A stretch of 64,000 nt of DNA, taken from positions 85,870,001 through 85,934,000 of the forward strand of contig OZ024743.1 in assembly GCA_964016885.1 (NCBI GenBank), read 5' to 3'. The notes beneath the pieces are model-generated. The model was not told where the DNA came from, did not search any database, and saw nothing but the letters and a program-made list of their open reading frames with translations. The DNA comes from Eledone cirrhosa. Lineage: Eukaryota. Positions within the stretch are counted from its first letter, which is position 1; each line of letters starts with the position of its first letter. This document shows, in pieces, positions 30,883 through 42,600 of the stretch. The position numbers were made by a program, and so were the translations under genes.

Positions 30883-32356
30883 AATTATAGGGGTATAAAA
30901 CTGATAGATCAGGTTATGAAAGTGGCAGAAAGGATTTTAGCACAACTAATTAGAGAAAGAGTCAAACTAGATGAGATGCAGTTTGGTTTTGTGCCTGGGA
31001 AGAGTACAACAGATGCCCTCTTCTTGGTGAGACAAATGCAAGAGAGGTTCTTAGAGAAGAATAAGCCACTATACTTAGCCTTAGTTGACCTAGAGAAGGC
31101 CTTTGATAGGGTACCCCGATCTGTCATCTGGTGGTCCCTAAGGAAGCTGGGTGTTGAGGAATGGCTTGTGAGGACAGTGCAAACTTTGTACAGAGGTACT
31201 CTCAGTAAAGTCAGGGTAGGAATGGAGTTTAGTGAGGAATTCCAGATACAAGTAGGAGTACATCAGGGTTCGGTCCTCAGCCCGCTCTTGTTCATTATAG
31301 TCCTCCAAGCCATAACAGAGGAGTTTAAGACTGGCTGTCCATGGGAACTTCTCTATGCTGACGATCTGGCTCTTATGGCAGAATCAGTAGAGGAGCTAGA
31401 GAATAAATTCCGGCTATGGAAACAGCAGTTGGAAGCAAGAGGACTGAGAGTAAATCTAGCTAAGACAAAAGTGTTGATGAGTAGAAAAGAGGACAAAACC
31501 CTGATTCCGTCAGGGAAATGGCCATGTTCGATATGCAGAAAAGGAACTGGCATAAATTCTATAAAATGCACACAATGTAGGTCCTGGGTACACAAGAGAT
31601 GTAACGGGATAGCAGGCAAACTAACAGGTAGGGAGAAATATGTATGCAGTAGATGTACAGGGAAATTAGACAGTAGAAGTCGCACTGATAGACACATTTT
31701 TCAAATGCGAGAGGGCGCTATAGAAGTGGTGGATAGCTTCCGGTACCTAGGAGATCAGATTAGCATGGGAGGAGGGTGTTCCGAGGCCATAGTATCTAGA
31801 ATAAGGACGGGTTGGAAGAAGTTTAGGGAGCTGCTTCCTCTGTTGACGAAGAAGGGTTTCTCCCTGCGTACGAAAGGCCGGTTGTATGATGCCTGTGTGA
31901 GGAGCGCGATGCTGCATGGTAGTGAGACATGGGCAGCAACCGCAGAAGATATGCGACGGCTGGAGAGAAATGAGGCAAGCATGCTCCGTTGGATGTGCAG
32001 TGTAAATGTGCGTGAACGACCCAGCATAAATGTGTTGAGAGAGAAACTGTGTCTGAGAGGGATAGAATGTAGTGTACGGGAGAGGAGACTGAGGTGGTAT
32101 GGACATGTGATGCGCATGGAGGATGACCGATGGGTGAAGAAGTGCCAGGAAATGCCAGTTGAAGGAAGACGTGGTAGAGGTAGACCACGAAAAACATGGG
32201 CGGAGGTGGTGAGAACAGACCTCAGATCATTGAAGCTCACGGTGGAGATGACGAGGGACCGTGACGAGTGGAGAGATGCTGTGCTGAATAAGATCCGTCC
32301 CACCCTTGCAAGCAGGGAAAAGCGGACGTAAAATGATGATGATGATGATGATGATG
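30883..32356 (+). mobile_element. 5'-truncated RTE LINE inserted into the Penelope-like element
   Basis: Colinear with 61861-63308; ends in a (GAT)n tail. Confidence 0.93.
30916..32331 (+). CDS. RTE reverse transcriptase, uninterrupted 471 aa, with internal PHD-type finger
   Basis: QFGFVPGKST, DLEKAFDRV, GVHQGSVLSPLLF, YADDL, FRYLG, RRLRWYGHV, RGRPRKTW. Confidence 0.9.
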   Translation: MKVAERILAQLIRERVKLDEMQFGFVPGKSTTDALFLVRQMQERFLEKNKPLYLALVDLEKAFDRVPRSVIWWSLRKLGVEEWLVRTVQTLYRGTLSKVRVGMEFSEEFQIQVGVHQGSVLSPLLFIIVLQAITEEFKTGCPWELLYADDLALMAESVEELENKFRLWKQQLEARGLRVNLAKTKVLMSRKEDKTLIPSGKWPCSICRKGTGINSIKCTQCRSWVHKRCNGIAGKLTGREKYVCSRCTGKLDSRSRTDRHIFQMREGAIEVVDSFRYLGDQISMGGGCSEAIVSRIRTGWKKFRELLPLLTKKGFSLRTKGRLYDACVRSAMLHGSETWAATAEDMRRLERNEASMLRWMCSVNVRERPSINVLREKLCLRGIECSVRERRLRWYGHVMRMEDDRWVKKCQEMPVEGRRGRGRPRKTWAEVVRTDLRSLKLTVEMTRDRDEWRDAVLNKIRPTLASREKRT

Positions 32357-32610
32357 AGTGTTATTTTTGGCTTTTTGATATTTAGTAGTAATATTATCTA
32401 ATAAAAGCCAGTTATATAATTGGTTATTAATTTCATATAAATTTTTAGTTTTAACGGAAAATACAAATGTCTTATTAGAGGATTTAATATTAGAAATATC
32501 CTTAGAAAGTTTAGTTTGAAAATTATTATTGTACTTATGAAATTTTAGTTGGTTGATCATATTAACTACGTCAAAGGGGGCCATATCTTTAACTCTTGAT
32601 AGGATAAAAA
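32357..32610 (-). mobile_element. Upstream part of the interrupted Penelope-like element
   Basis: NNNFQTKLSKDISNIKSSNKTFVFSVKTKNLYEI..LLLDNITTKYQKA continues into DNINNEAK on the other side of the RTE. Confidence 0.7.
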
Positions 32611-33110
32611 AAAAAAAAAAAAAATAGAAATAAGGATACATAAAATGTAAGATACAGTAGTTGACCAGACAATCACATGCACACACACGTATACAATTAT
32701 AAAAACACATATATACACACACACACATCATTATCATTTAATATCCATCTGCCACGCAGCATGGGTTGGATGGTTTTGTTCCACTTGAGGCGAGATTGGC
32801 TGGGAGACCATGTCTCACTTGTACAGGACTATCTGGGAGGTTTTCTACGGCTGGATGCCCTTCCTAACACCAACCACATTTACAGTGTGGACTGGGAGCC
32901 TTTTTACCGGGTCTCCTACACGACGACTTTACAGCGTGGACTGTGTGCTTTTTGTCGTGTCGCTGACATGACCACTTTACAGTGGATGGAAATGGGAGGA
33001 TACATATATATATATATACACACATACACATATAAGTACATATATGCAATTATATACACATACATTTAAAAAAACAATTACATATATACACACGCACATA
33101 CATACATTAC

Positions 33111-33165
<55 letters not shown>

Positions 33166-33182
33166 ATATATACACACAGTAC

Positions 33183-33347
33183 CTGTTTATTAGAACTTGT
33201 TACTGGAATTTGATCTCCGTTATCTTTGAGATTTTGTGTGATCACATTACCAAATACATCCCGGTACGAGATGCAAAATGTTTGCATATATACATCTTCT
33301 ACTTCCTCATCATATTCTACAAGTTCCTGTAAGCCTCGCGCAAGACT
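33183..33347 (-). CDS. UBE3A: UBE3A internal exon (165 nt)
   Basis: ttgcag/gtact flanks; SLARGLQELVEYDEEVEDVYMQTFCISYRDVFGNVITQNLKDNGDQIPVTSSNKQ. Confidence 0.94.
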
Positions 33348-33642
33348 CTGCAAGAAGAATAAAAATATGGGTGAACAAGTGTCAAGAAATTCTAGTGGAA
33401 AGAAGCAGCAGTAGAGGGAGACCAAGGAAGACTTGGGTAGAAGTTGTGAGAGTTGATCACATATATCACTGAAGTTCAAACAGGATATGAAAAAGGGCTG
33501 CAGTAGGTAGAGGGAAGCTGTGTTGGAAAAGACCTGCCCAATACAGGCAAGCATGGAAAATCAGATATAAAAACGGTGATGATGATGATGACAATAAAAC
33601 AAGTTTTGTTAACCAACACCAATGTTTTTCCTCCATTTATAA

Positions 33643-34721
33643 CCCTTTAGCATTCGCATTAATTTTCAAACCTCATGCTTATCTGTTCGCATTATTTTCA
33701 GTTAATCATACCCAAGAGGGTTACCAATTTTATTTGTTTGTTATTTTCTTAATTTTCTATGTGCAGGCTTGAAATTTTGTCAGTAGATGTTTAAATATCA
33801 ATAATTTACAATTATATAATTTTACCTGATTTTTTTGGTAAAATTTGACTTTTATGGCCAGGTGAAATTAATTAATAGGGGCATTTGAAGTATCAACCAG
33901 GTGCAAAAACTGGTTTAATTTTAAATACATTGTTTTCGGCATAATACTTGATATATAAGGATCACTAAACCTTATATCAATGTTCCAGTAATTCCACAGT
34001 CTTGGAAATTGTTTTATACCGAACATAATATTTACGGTAAAAAATGCTTGCATTTCTGCAGCATCTGTCGGTCGCCAAACAGATCGGGTTTTCCTCGATT
34101 TGAAATTTGTTGTTGGGCATATCGATTAATCTCTTCTGCCACAACTTCGAAGAAAGTTTGTGGTAAAAACAAAATGAAATAATCCAGTGCTTTAGCATCG
34201 GAGCTAATGTGTGTTGTGGACCAGTATTTTGAATAAAATCGGGAACATATATTAGTGTGGTATTTTTCAACCACATTGCTGTAATATTTTCAATGGCGCC
34301 CTGGAGACCTCCTTCGTTTTCACTTTCAAAACAATCAGCGTCGGACGAAATTTCAGAAATATAAACATCAGATTCATTTGAAGATAAATCACTAATATTA
34401 TTGTTTGTTTCTTGTTTATTCTGAATGTCATCATGTGTAAAACCTTCAAAGTCGGTATCGCTACTTCCATAAGCCATGTTGATAAAAAAAAAAAAAAATT
34501 TGTTGCACTTTCAAAGTTAAAAAAACACTTGTTATTTTAAGTTGTTCCACTATATTAAGTGTTAATTTTTGCAGTAAGGGCCTAATCACGCAGCAGTCTC
34601 GAATTGACGAGATTTTGATGATGGTTTGTTTATTTTTAGAACGATTTTTTAGTGTGAGTGTTATCGGGTGGTTTGAACAAATGAAGGGGAAATAATTTCG
34701 GGCGATTTGAACACTAAAGGG
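33643..34721 (-). mobile_element. Internally deleted piggyBac element with frameshifted transposase N-terminus
   Basis: CCCTTTAG...CTAAAGGG|TTAA termini; fragments LDYFILF..INRYAQQ and AFF..NIMFGI..PRLWNYW..IMP...LKLNQFLHLVD. Confidence 0.85.
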
Positions 34722-35401
34722 TTAAATTATAGTTGTAGTCATGGCTGTGTGGTTAAGAAGTTTGTTTTGCAGCCACATGGTTTCAGGATCAATCCTACTG
34801 CACAGCACTTTGGACAAGTGCATTTTAATATAAACCCAAGCTGACTAATGCTTTGTGAGTTAAGCTTGGTAAATAGAAACTGCAGAAGATTATCACGTGT
34901 ATGCATGTGTATTAGTAAAACATATACATTATCATGATTATCATCATCAACACCCTTTTACATATATTTTTCATGTTTGTACTGACTTAGTTTTCTTGTG
35001 ACACAACCACCACCACTGATATGTATGGATGATGAAGGCTCGGTGTAGTAATGCCTGGTGATGTCAGTGGAAGAACCAGGTGATACTGCAGTAAAGGAAA
35101 ACTGAGAAAGACTTGGACAGATTTCAAAACACTGATCCTCACAGAGGAGATGACGAAGGAATGCTGTGAGCAGAGGAAGGCTGCATTGGAGCGGACCAGT
35201 CAAACCCATGCAAGCATAGAAAAACCAATGTAAAATGATAAACACTGCTAAATTTGTTAAGTTCTGTAATTTTATATTCAATAAATTTGTTTGGGTGAAC
35301 AGAAATTATATTTTGTAATAAGGTAGCCTAGCGAGATCATCAGGAAAGGAAAGGGGTTAACAAGTTTGTGTTTATAAGAGTAAATATATTTATTATCTTA
35401 C

Positions 35402-35607
35402 TGGGTCAACGTCCATTAAATCTGTAAAAGTGCCTTTTTTGCCCATCAACTTTCGGTAGACCACCATGGGGAATTGGATATCCAAGATAGCACTGTTGTA
35501 TATTGCCAGGCCAAGTACGATGCCTATCAACGTGAATTGACCATCGTTTTCCAGGGAGCCAGAGTTGAACCAATACTGGCCAGTTTCTTCCTTGTATGTG
35601 AACATTC
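35402..35607 (-). CDS. UBE3A: UBE3A internal exon (206 nt)
   Basis: ttgcag/gtaag flanks; (G)[68 protein letters not shown]. Confidence 0.96.
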
Positions 35608-36040
35608 CTGCAAAATCAAGGAAATAATTGGGAAATATTCATAAATCCAAATTAACACCAAATGAAAAGCACACACATACACACTCTCTCTCTCTCATAC
35701 ACACACTCACACATGTATGCACATGCTCTTACACACATATGCACATGCTCTCCTCTCTCTCTCTCATACACACACTCACACATGTATGCACATGCTCTTA
35801 CACACATATGCACATGCTCTCCTCTCTCTCTCTCACACACACATTAACCAAAATTCCCATACATACAAGCATGTATACACAGATTCAATTTAACTGCAAG
35901 CAACAAACACATTTATGCAAACACACACAGTATTATACATACCTACGAATGGACTTACACACACATATACACAGTCATGACAACGCTATGCATTTAAAAA
36001 CACATTCTTATACACACAAAGCTAACAGTGTCGTACTTAC

Positions 36041-36185
36041 CAAAATCTGGATTAAAAATATCTTCAACTACTAACTGAAAGAACTCTTTCGATACACCAC
36101 CTTCATCTACACCTTGTTCTCCATCAAATTCCACAAAAAGTTGCTTTTTTAAATCCTGTGGATTATCCATTGCAACAAGCTCCAA
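36041..36185 (-). CDS. UBE3A: UBE3A internal exon (145 nt, start of HECT domain)
   Basis: aacag/gtaagt flanks; [48 protein letters not shown](G). Confidence 0.96.
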
Positions 36186-36984
36186 CTGTTTAAAATAGGT
36201 AAATAATAATAATAATAATGTCTTCTTTATTAAACATGAGGGTTGACAAAGTATACCATTAAGGACAGCACAGGATGGTACAAATGGGCATTTCTGTGTG
36301 TAAAGAAAAAAAAAAAAGAAAAGAAAATTCCCCAATAGGGAGGAGACTTCCGAGGAACACCCATGGAGAAAGCCCATTAAAAAAGCCACGGTGACCCTGA
36401 CCACCAGGGTAAGTACCCTGGTTTCAGATTTAGGCACAAGGCCAGCAATTTTGGAGAAGAGGAAAGTTGATTAAATCAACCCTATAAGGATGAAAGGCAA
36501 AGCTTACCTCTGCAGGATTTGAACTCAGAACATAAATGGATGTAACTATATGACGCAGCAAAGCATCTCCCATGCTCTACCAATCCACCGCCCTGATTTA
36601 GGCATATGGCCAACAATTTTGGTGCTTTATTTTATCGACCGTGTAAGGATGAAAGGCAAACAACAACTGTTTCTAACATTGGTACAAGGCCAACCATTTG
36701 AGGGAGAGAGAAAGGTTAATTAAATTAACTGCTTGACTGCTACTTCACCTTTCATTGTTCTGGAGGGCCAATAAAATAAAGTTGACATCAGTGAGATTTG
36801 AACTTAGAACATAGAAGACATAACAAAATATTGCAAAGCATTTTCTCAGGCAGACTAATGACTTAAATAGTAGTAGTTTCTACATTTGGCACAAAGCCAG
36901 TAATTTGAAGGGAAGGGGAAAAGTCGATTAAATTGACTACAGTGTGTTACTGGTACTTTATTTTAAAATAGTAGTAGTAGTAAT

Positions 36985-37150
36985 AATTGTTTCTACTTTA
37001 GGCACAAGGCCAGCAATTACCCAGTGCATTACTGGTACTTTATTTTATCGACCCCGTAAGGATGAAAGGCAAAGTCAACCTCAGCGGGATTTGAACTCAG
37101 ATCGTAAAGGGACGTAACTATGCTGGAAAGCATGGCGTCCGACACTCTAA
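36985..37150 (-). mobile_element. tRNA-derived SINE
   Basis: Reverse complement of the 425-617 family. Confidence 0.8.
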
Positions 37151-37232
37151 GTAGTAATAATGATAACCCTTTCTTTAATGGCCACATGGACCCATATAAA
37201 CAAAATAAAACAGGTTACAAAACTTGTGGGAT

Positions 37233-37600
37233 GTCATCATCATCCGGCGGCCTCAGCCAAAATTGACTCAACAATTGATCCCCACGTGCGTCTGTCGTTG
37301 ATTGTTGTTGCCAAATCCTGGATTTCAATACCAGAATCTCTGGAGATGACATCGGGATAGGAAAAGTTGCACTCCCTGTTATTAGTGACTGCTTGTGGTC
37401 TCCAAAGAACTAATGGGAACACAGCCTTATAGGTGGGATGATGGCAGTGGCCAGTAAATATTACTCTCCTCTTACGTACGACAGATATGCGTGGGAGGCC
37501 AGCATATATTTCTTTCAAAGTCAAATGATACCAGCTTATGTTCTGAATGTGTCGAAGTAGGTGCCATCAAGGCGATTTTGTTGTTTGGGTGAAACTGGAG
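37233..37600 (-). mobile_element. 3' end of a second, divergent RTE-like LINE family
   Basis: LKEIYAGLPRISVVRKRRVIFTGHC..YPDVISRDSG..DRRTW, followed by a short GATGATGA tail. Confidence 0.65.
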
Positions 37601-37984
37601 GAGGCGAATATAATATTATTATTAAAAATATAGTGCAAAAACAATTCCAGAATTACATTAAAACTAAAACATGAACATAGAAAGTGCTGAAATGGCCCTT
37701 ATGATCTATTTTAAAAAATTCTGCCTGGCATTCTTTATTGACCTTGAAAAAACGAAAAGCACAGCAGACCTCCACGGGATTTGAATTCAGAGAGTGCAGA
37801 GAGCAGAAACAAGTACTGCAAAGTATTCCACTTGATGTTGCTGCCTACTCAAAATTTCAAGTACTTTGTTAAAAAGACATTAGTTTTCTATTTTTCTCTA
37901 ACTATAAAAATTTATCTCTTTCAATTATTATTGTTGTATAACAATTTAGGTGGGGAATCGTTGTAGGAGAGAACTTTCCACAGC

Positions 37985-38350
37985 AAGTCCTATGGAATGT
38001 AGTCATATGCCTTTTCGAGGTCTACAAAGTAAGAATACACCTCTTGGCAGTACTCCCATGATTTCTCAAAGACCTGCTGCAGTGTGAATATTTGATTGGC
38101 TGTGCTGTGTCTGGGGCAAAAACCACACTGTTCATCAGCTACCTTGGACTCGACAATCTCCCTACATCTCTTTGCCAGACACTTAGCATATATTTCACCA
38201 GGAAGGCTTAACAAGTAGATCCCTCTATAATGGGAGCAATCTTTTTTGTTTCCCTTTTTAAGAATTGGGATGATCACTACTGATAGCCATTGTTTAGATG
38301 CCTTTCCAGAGATCCAGGCCACCTGGAACATATGAGTCAGCCAGAGAATC
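37985..38350 (-). mobile_element. LINE RT fragment (RTE-like)
   Basis: IPILKKGNKKDCSHYRGIYLLSLPG..EQCGF.P.HST..QIFTLQQ..FVDLEKAYD. Confidence 0.8.
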
Positions 38351-38839
38351 ATCATCATTGTTTAACGTCTATCTTCCACGCTAGCATGGGTTAGACGGGA
38401 ATTGTCCCACTTGAGGCAAGATTGGTTGGGTGAACGTGTTTCGCTCGTATAGGACCGTCTGGCAGGTTTCTACGGCTGGATGCCCTTCCTAACACCAACC
38501 ACATTTACAGTGTGGAGTGGGAGGTTTTTACTATATTACCTACACGACCACATTACAACATGGACAGTGTGTTTTTTTTGTCATGACACCTACACGACCT
38601 CATTTGTTTGGACTGGATGTTGTGGTACCAACATAACTTTACAGAGAAAGGGTGGTGTTGGTGGGAGTGGGAAGGATTGAGTGGGGGTGGTGGGTTGGCG
38701 TGTATAATTGGTTAAGAAGTGTCTACTGACTGTAGGTTTCGCTTTGCACATAGGCAAGGCAGATCTTCTGTATTACAGCGTGGCACCAAAGACCTCGGTC
38801 CAGTGACATTGTCTTACAGAGGTGCAAGTGTGTAAGGTC

Positions 38840-40100
38840 GAAATTTATCAAATCGTCTCAGGTTTTCTGGGTCTACCTACTCCGTAACTTCCATCAATTT
38901 TGATCACCCTGCACTTTTGTATACAGCTGTCGTCTTTCATGCGCATCACGTGATGATACCAACGTAGTCTTCTCTCAAGTAAACAGCATCTGATCCCTCT
39001 TATTCCTAATTTCTCACTTAGTTCATTTATGCTTTGCCGTTCACGTATATTACTATTACACATCCAACGGAGCATGCATGCTTCGTTCCTTTCCAGTCTG
39101 CGCAGGTCCTCTGCACGTAATGCCCATGTCTCACTGCCATGTAGCATTGCTGTTCGTATACAAGTATCATATAATCTGCCTTTCATTTTTAGAGAGAAAC
39201 CTTTTGTGGCCAACAGCGGTATAAGCTCTCTGAACTTTTTCCATCCCGTTCTGACTCTGGCTACTGTACTTTCAGAACACCCTCCACCATTGCTGATTTC
39301 GTCACCCAGGTAACGGAAAGTGTCTACTATTTCTATAGAACCATCTGCGCAATAGAAGGAGCTAGTATCCTGTGGACACCTGCTACCTATTGCACCTGAG
39401 CATTGGCCACATATAAAGTCTACGTTCTTAGATAGTTTACCTGTGATCCCACTACATCTTTTATGTACCCATAGTTTGCATTTCGGACATAAAATGGAAT
39501 TTCTATCTACTCCTTTCCTACACACTAAGCATGGCTATTTCCCAGAGGGCACCTGTGCTCTATTTTCCTTTCTACATACTAGAACTTTAGTCTTAGACAA
39601 GTTAACTTTAAGGCTTTTTGATTCTAGGCCATGCTTCCATGTTTGGAATTTCTTTTTTAGTTCAGCCATAGATTCAGCTACGAGAGTTTGATCATCTGCG
39701 TATAGATGTTCCCATGGGCAGCCGGTCTTAAACTCCTGTTATATCCTGAAGGGCAATAATAAATAGGAGGGGGCTAAGGACAGAGCCTTGATGAACAACT
39801 TTTACGCTAAATTCTTCACTATATTCATTGTTAATTCTAACCTTGCTGACTGTTTCTTTATGGCTTGTATAGCTCTCACAAGCCATTCATCTACACCTAG
39901 TTTTCTAAGAGCACACCAGATAATGGAGCAGGAGACTGTCAAAAGCTTTCTCCAAGTCGTCCTCTGTCGTCGAGTACGTCTATTCCTGACTGTGAGGTCA
40001 CTAACTATGAGGCTATGTTGGGAGGTGCATTCTTTCAATTTTACAACTATAAGTTGCATTTATTTTATCTCCTGTGGCTTGATTTAGTTGATTATACTGG
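38840..40100 (-). mobile_element. Degenerate RTE LINE with internal deletions (sister subfamily)
   Basis: RT and PHD-like finger plus C-terminus at 38848-39960, joined to an endonuclease tail ECTSQHSLIVSD. Confidence 0.88.
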
Positions 40101-40151
40101 CACCAGTACTTGTTTTTTCAAGACTGTTAAAGGACATAAACACAGATACAC

Positions 40152-40183
<32 letters not shown>

Positions 40184-42339
40184 CAAATATAAATTCAGCG
40201 AGAATCGCATTTCGGCTGGTAGAAAGAGCGAAACGTAACGCAAATTCCAAGTCATGCTGGCAAGCGCTCCATGAGCTAAAAAGACCAGAACAATAAACAT
40301 AGGTTATAAAGACCATACAAACCGAGAAGGCGGTCAAGAAGCCATTAACCACCTAAGCCAAAAACAAACCAAGCTAAACAGGTCAGACAAAATAAATGAC
40401 ATATTCATACATATATATATATATATAAACATATATAATCATCTTTTAACATCCACTTTCCCTGCTAGCAAGGGCAGGCTGGGTCGACATAGAGCAAGTC
40501 AGTACTCAAGCGGGGGTCACTGACGTCCTAGACAGGCCATGGAGGTCTGTTTCTCACTTACATATGGTCATTATCTAGTGCAGAGAAGTTGTGTCTTGTG
40601 ACACAAAGTGTAGGAATCTCCTAACCCTTATTTGGCAATCTTTCTATGGCTAAATGCTCTTTCTAACACCAACCACTTTATAGCATGTACTCTGTGCTTT
40701 TATTGTGTAGATCACCAGCAGTAAGGAGCGTGCCATGTTCCTAACATAACTAAAGGATCCTCTCAACCCTTTAAAATGATGTGTGTGAATATATGGAAGG
40801 GTTCTACAGTTTCCATCTCCCAAATTTCATTCACAAAACATTGGTCAACCCAAGCCTATAGGGAAAGACACTTAAACAAAGTGCCATGTAATGACACAGA
40901 ACCCAGAAACAATTGTCGAAAACTCCTAAAATACATTCATGTTATTTTCATACTAAATTTCGTCAGTGAATAAACCAATAAATTTGCAACCATTACAAAA
41001 GGTTTGCAACATATAATCCAAGAGGCAATATTTACTCATTTTAATATAAAAATTCATAAAACTGGACTTCAAATGTTGTTTCACATTTAAAATGAAATAT
41101 TTTAGGAGCCTTTTTAGATAATGAAAACATCCTCGTCATTTTTATGTCCACCTTTCCATGCTGGCATGGGTTAGATAAGACTTGGTGCTAGCTATTTTAA
41201 AAACCTGGATACAACTTAGAAAAGAATCAATGGACAGATTTTACAGGCAAAACCAACTGACAGGAGACTCAAAGCAAGATGCTTGCATAACATCCATGAG
41301 CTCAGCTGGATCAGTTGGAGCTGGTTGCTTCTGACAGAACTGCTGGAAGGAGTGTTTGAGGACTGCCCCCATGACCCTCTTGGAAATAAGTGGGGGAAGA
41401 AGAAGGGATACAAATCAAGAAATTCTTGATTATTTTCAAACTTAATTAAAAATCACAGGCAGTGTCTTATGGTAACAAAATAATTAACAACTGAAGCTTA
41501 GGATTTAATCAGAAAATGTTTCCATAAATTAATTTTCCACCCATCACTTTTGCTAAACTTGAAGGGTTTGGAATGCCAGTGCTTGATTATTAATTCTGTA
41601 GTATTAAGTAAATCAGAATCCACTTTCCTACTGAATAGGAAATTAACAGCTCACACCTATCATATGCAGGTTTAGCTGGCCTACTACGAGGTTGCTTATA
41701 GGAAGCTGCTTGGATATTTTAATGTTAGGAACCCCAGTCCTACCATGAAAGGCAACATGAAATGAATAGTGTTGCTGAAAAACAGAATACACCATCTAGT
41801 GGGGGAATTAAACTCATGACCTTATGATTGTGAGTCCAATACCCTATCCACTGGATCACAAGAAAAGCTGTAGTTTAACTCTAGGCTTGTAGAGTATGAT
41901 TGATTTAGGAGGAATTTATCTGCTATTTCTAGCATATGAAGTAACTACATAGAGGAACCCTTATCAGCTGGAAGAAGCACAAGTAATATATTGAGGTGAA
42001 TGTGAAAAATCAATATCACTCTTATTAGTAATCAGCAACAACAGGGTTTTGCCAAATATCTGGCAATATCTTTTACTTCACCTCTAGGTTTTTCTCTAAC
42101 ATCAGCACCATCACTGCCATTGCCATCATTTTTAGATCTGCTTTTGCATACTGACATAGGTTCTAGAGCTGACTGGCAATATGCCATAAAACAAAAGACC
42201 TACCTTCCTGTACAACCAAGCACTATGACACAAGAAGAAAATGTAGTGAGTGACCGGAGGCTAGTGTTGGCAATTGAACAGAGATAAATATAGGGTTTGA
42301 GAGAACCCTTTGGTCTAGATGAGCATGTAATAGCCTCTG

Positions 42340-42600
42340 CAGTGGTGGTGCCATGATAAAGTGCACCCAATGCTTTCTGTATGGTGGTAGTGCTGGTGTT
42401 AGAATAAAGTACGCTGTAAAGTGGCAGTGATGGTGCCATGATAATATGTACCCAGTACACTCTAAAATGGCAGTGATAGTACCCAGATAAAATGTACCTA
42501 ATACACCCTGCATAGTGGTAAAGCTGGTACCACAATAAAATGCATCCAGTACACCTAGTAAAGCGATTGCTAGGTGTACTGTAGAAACCATACCAAATAT
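42340..42600 (+). repeat. Degenerate tandem array of an RTE 5'UTR-derived ~40 bp unit
   Basis: About 6 variants of GGTGCCA(T/C)GATAAAA.GTACCCAGTACAC.CTGTAAAGTGG. Confidence 0.65.

Noticed and set aside
35994-36437. ORF-track proteins extending UBE3A exons (also 24281-24619 and 33078-33554)
   Set aside because: The extensions run through intron sequence; only the GT-AG-bounded parts match HECT sequence.
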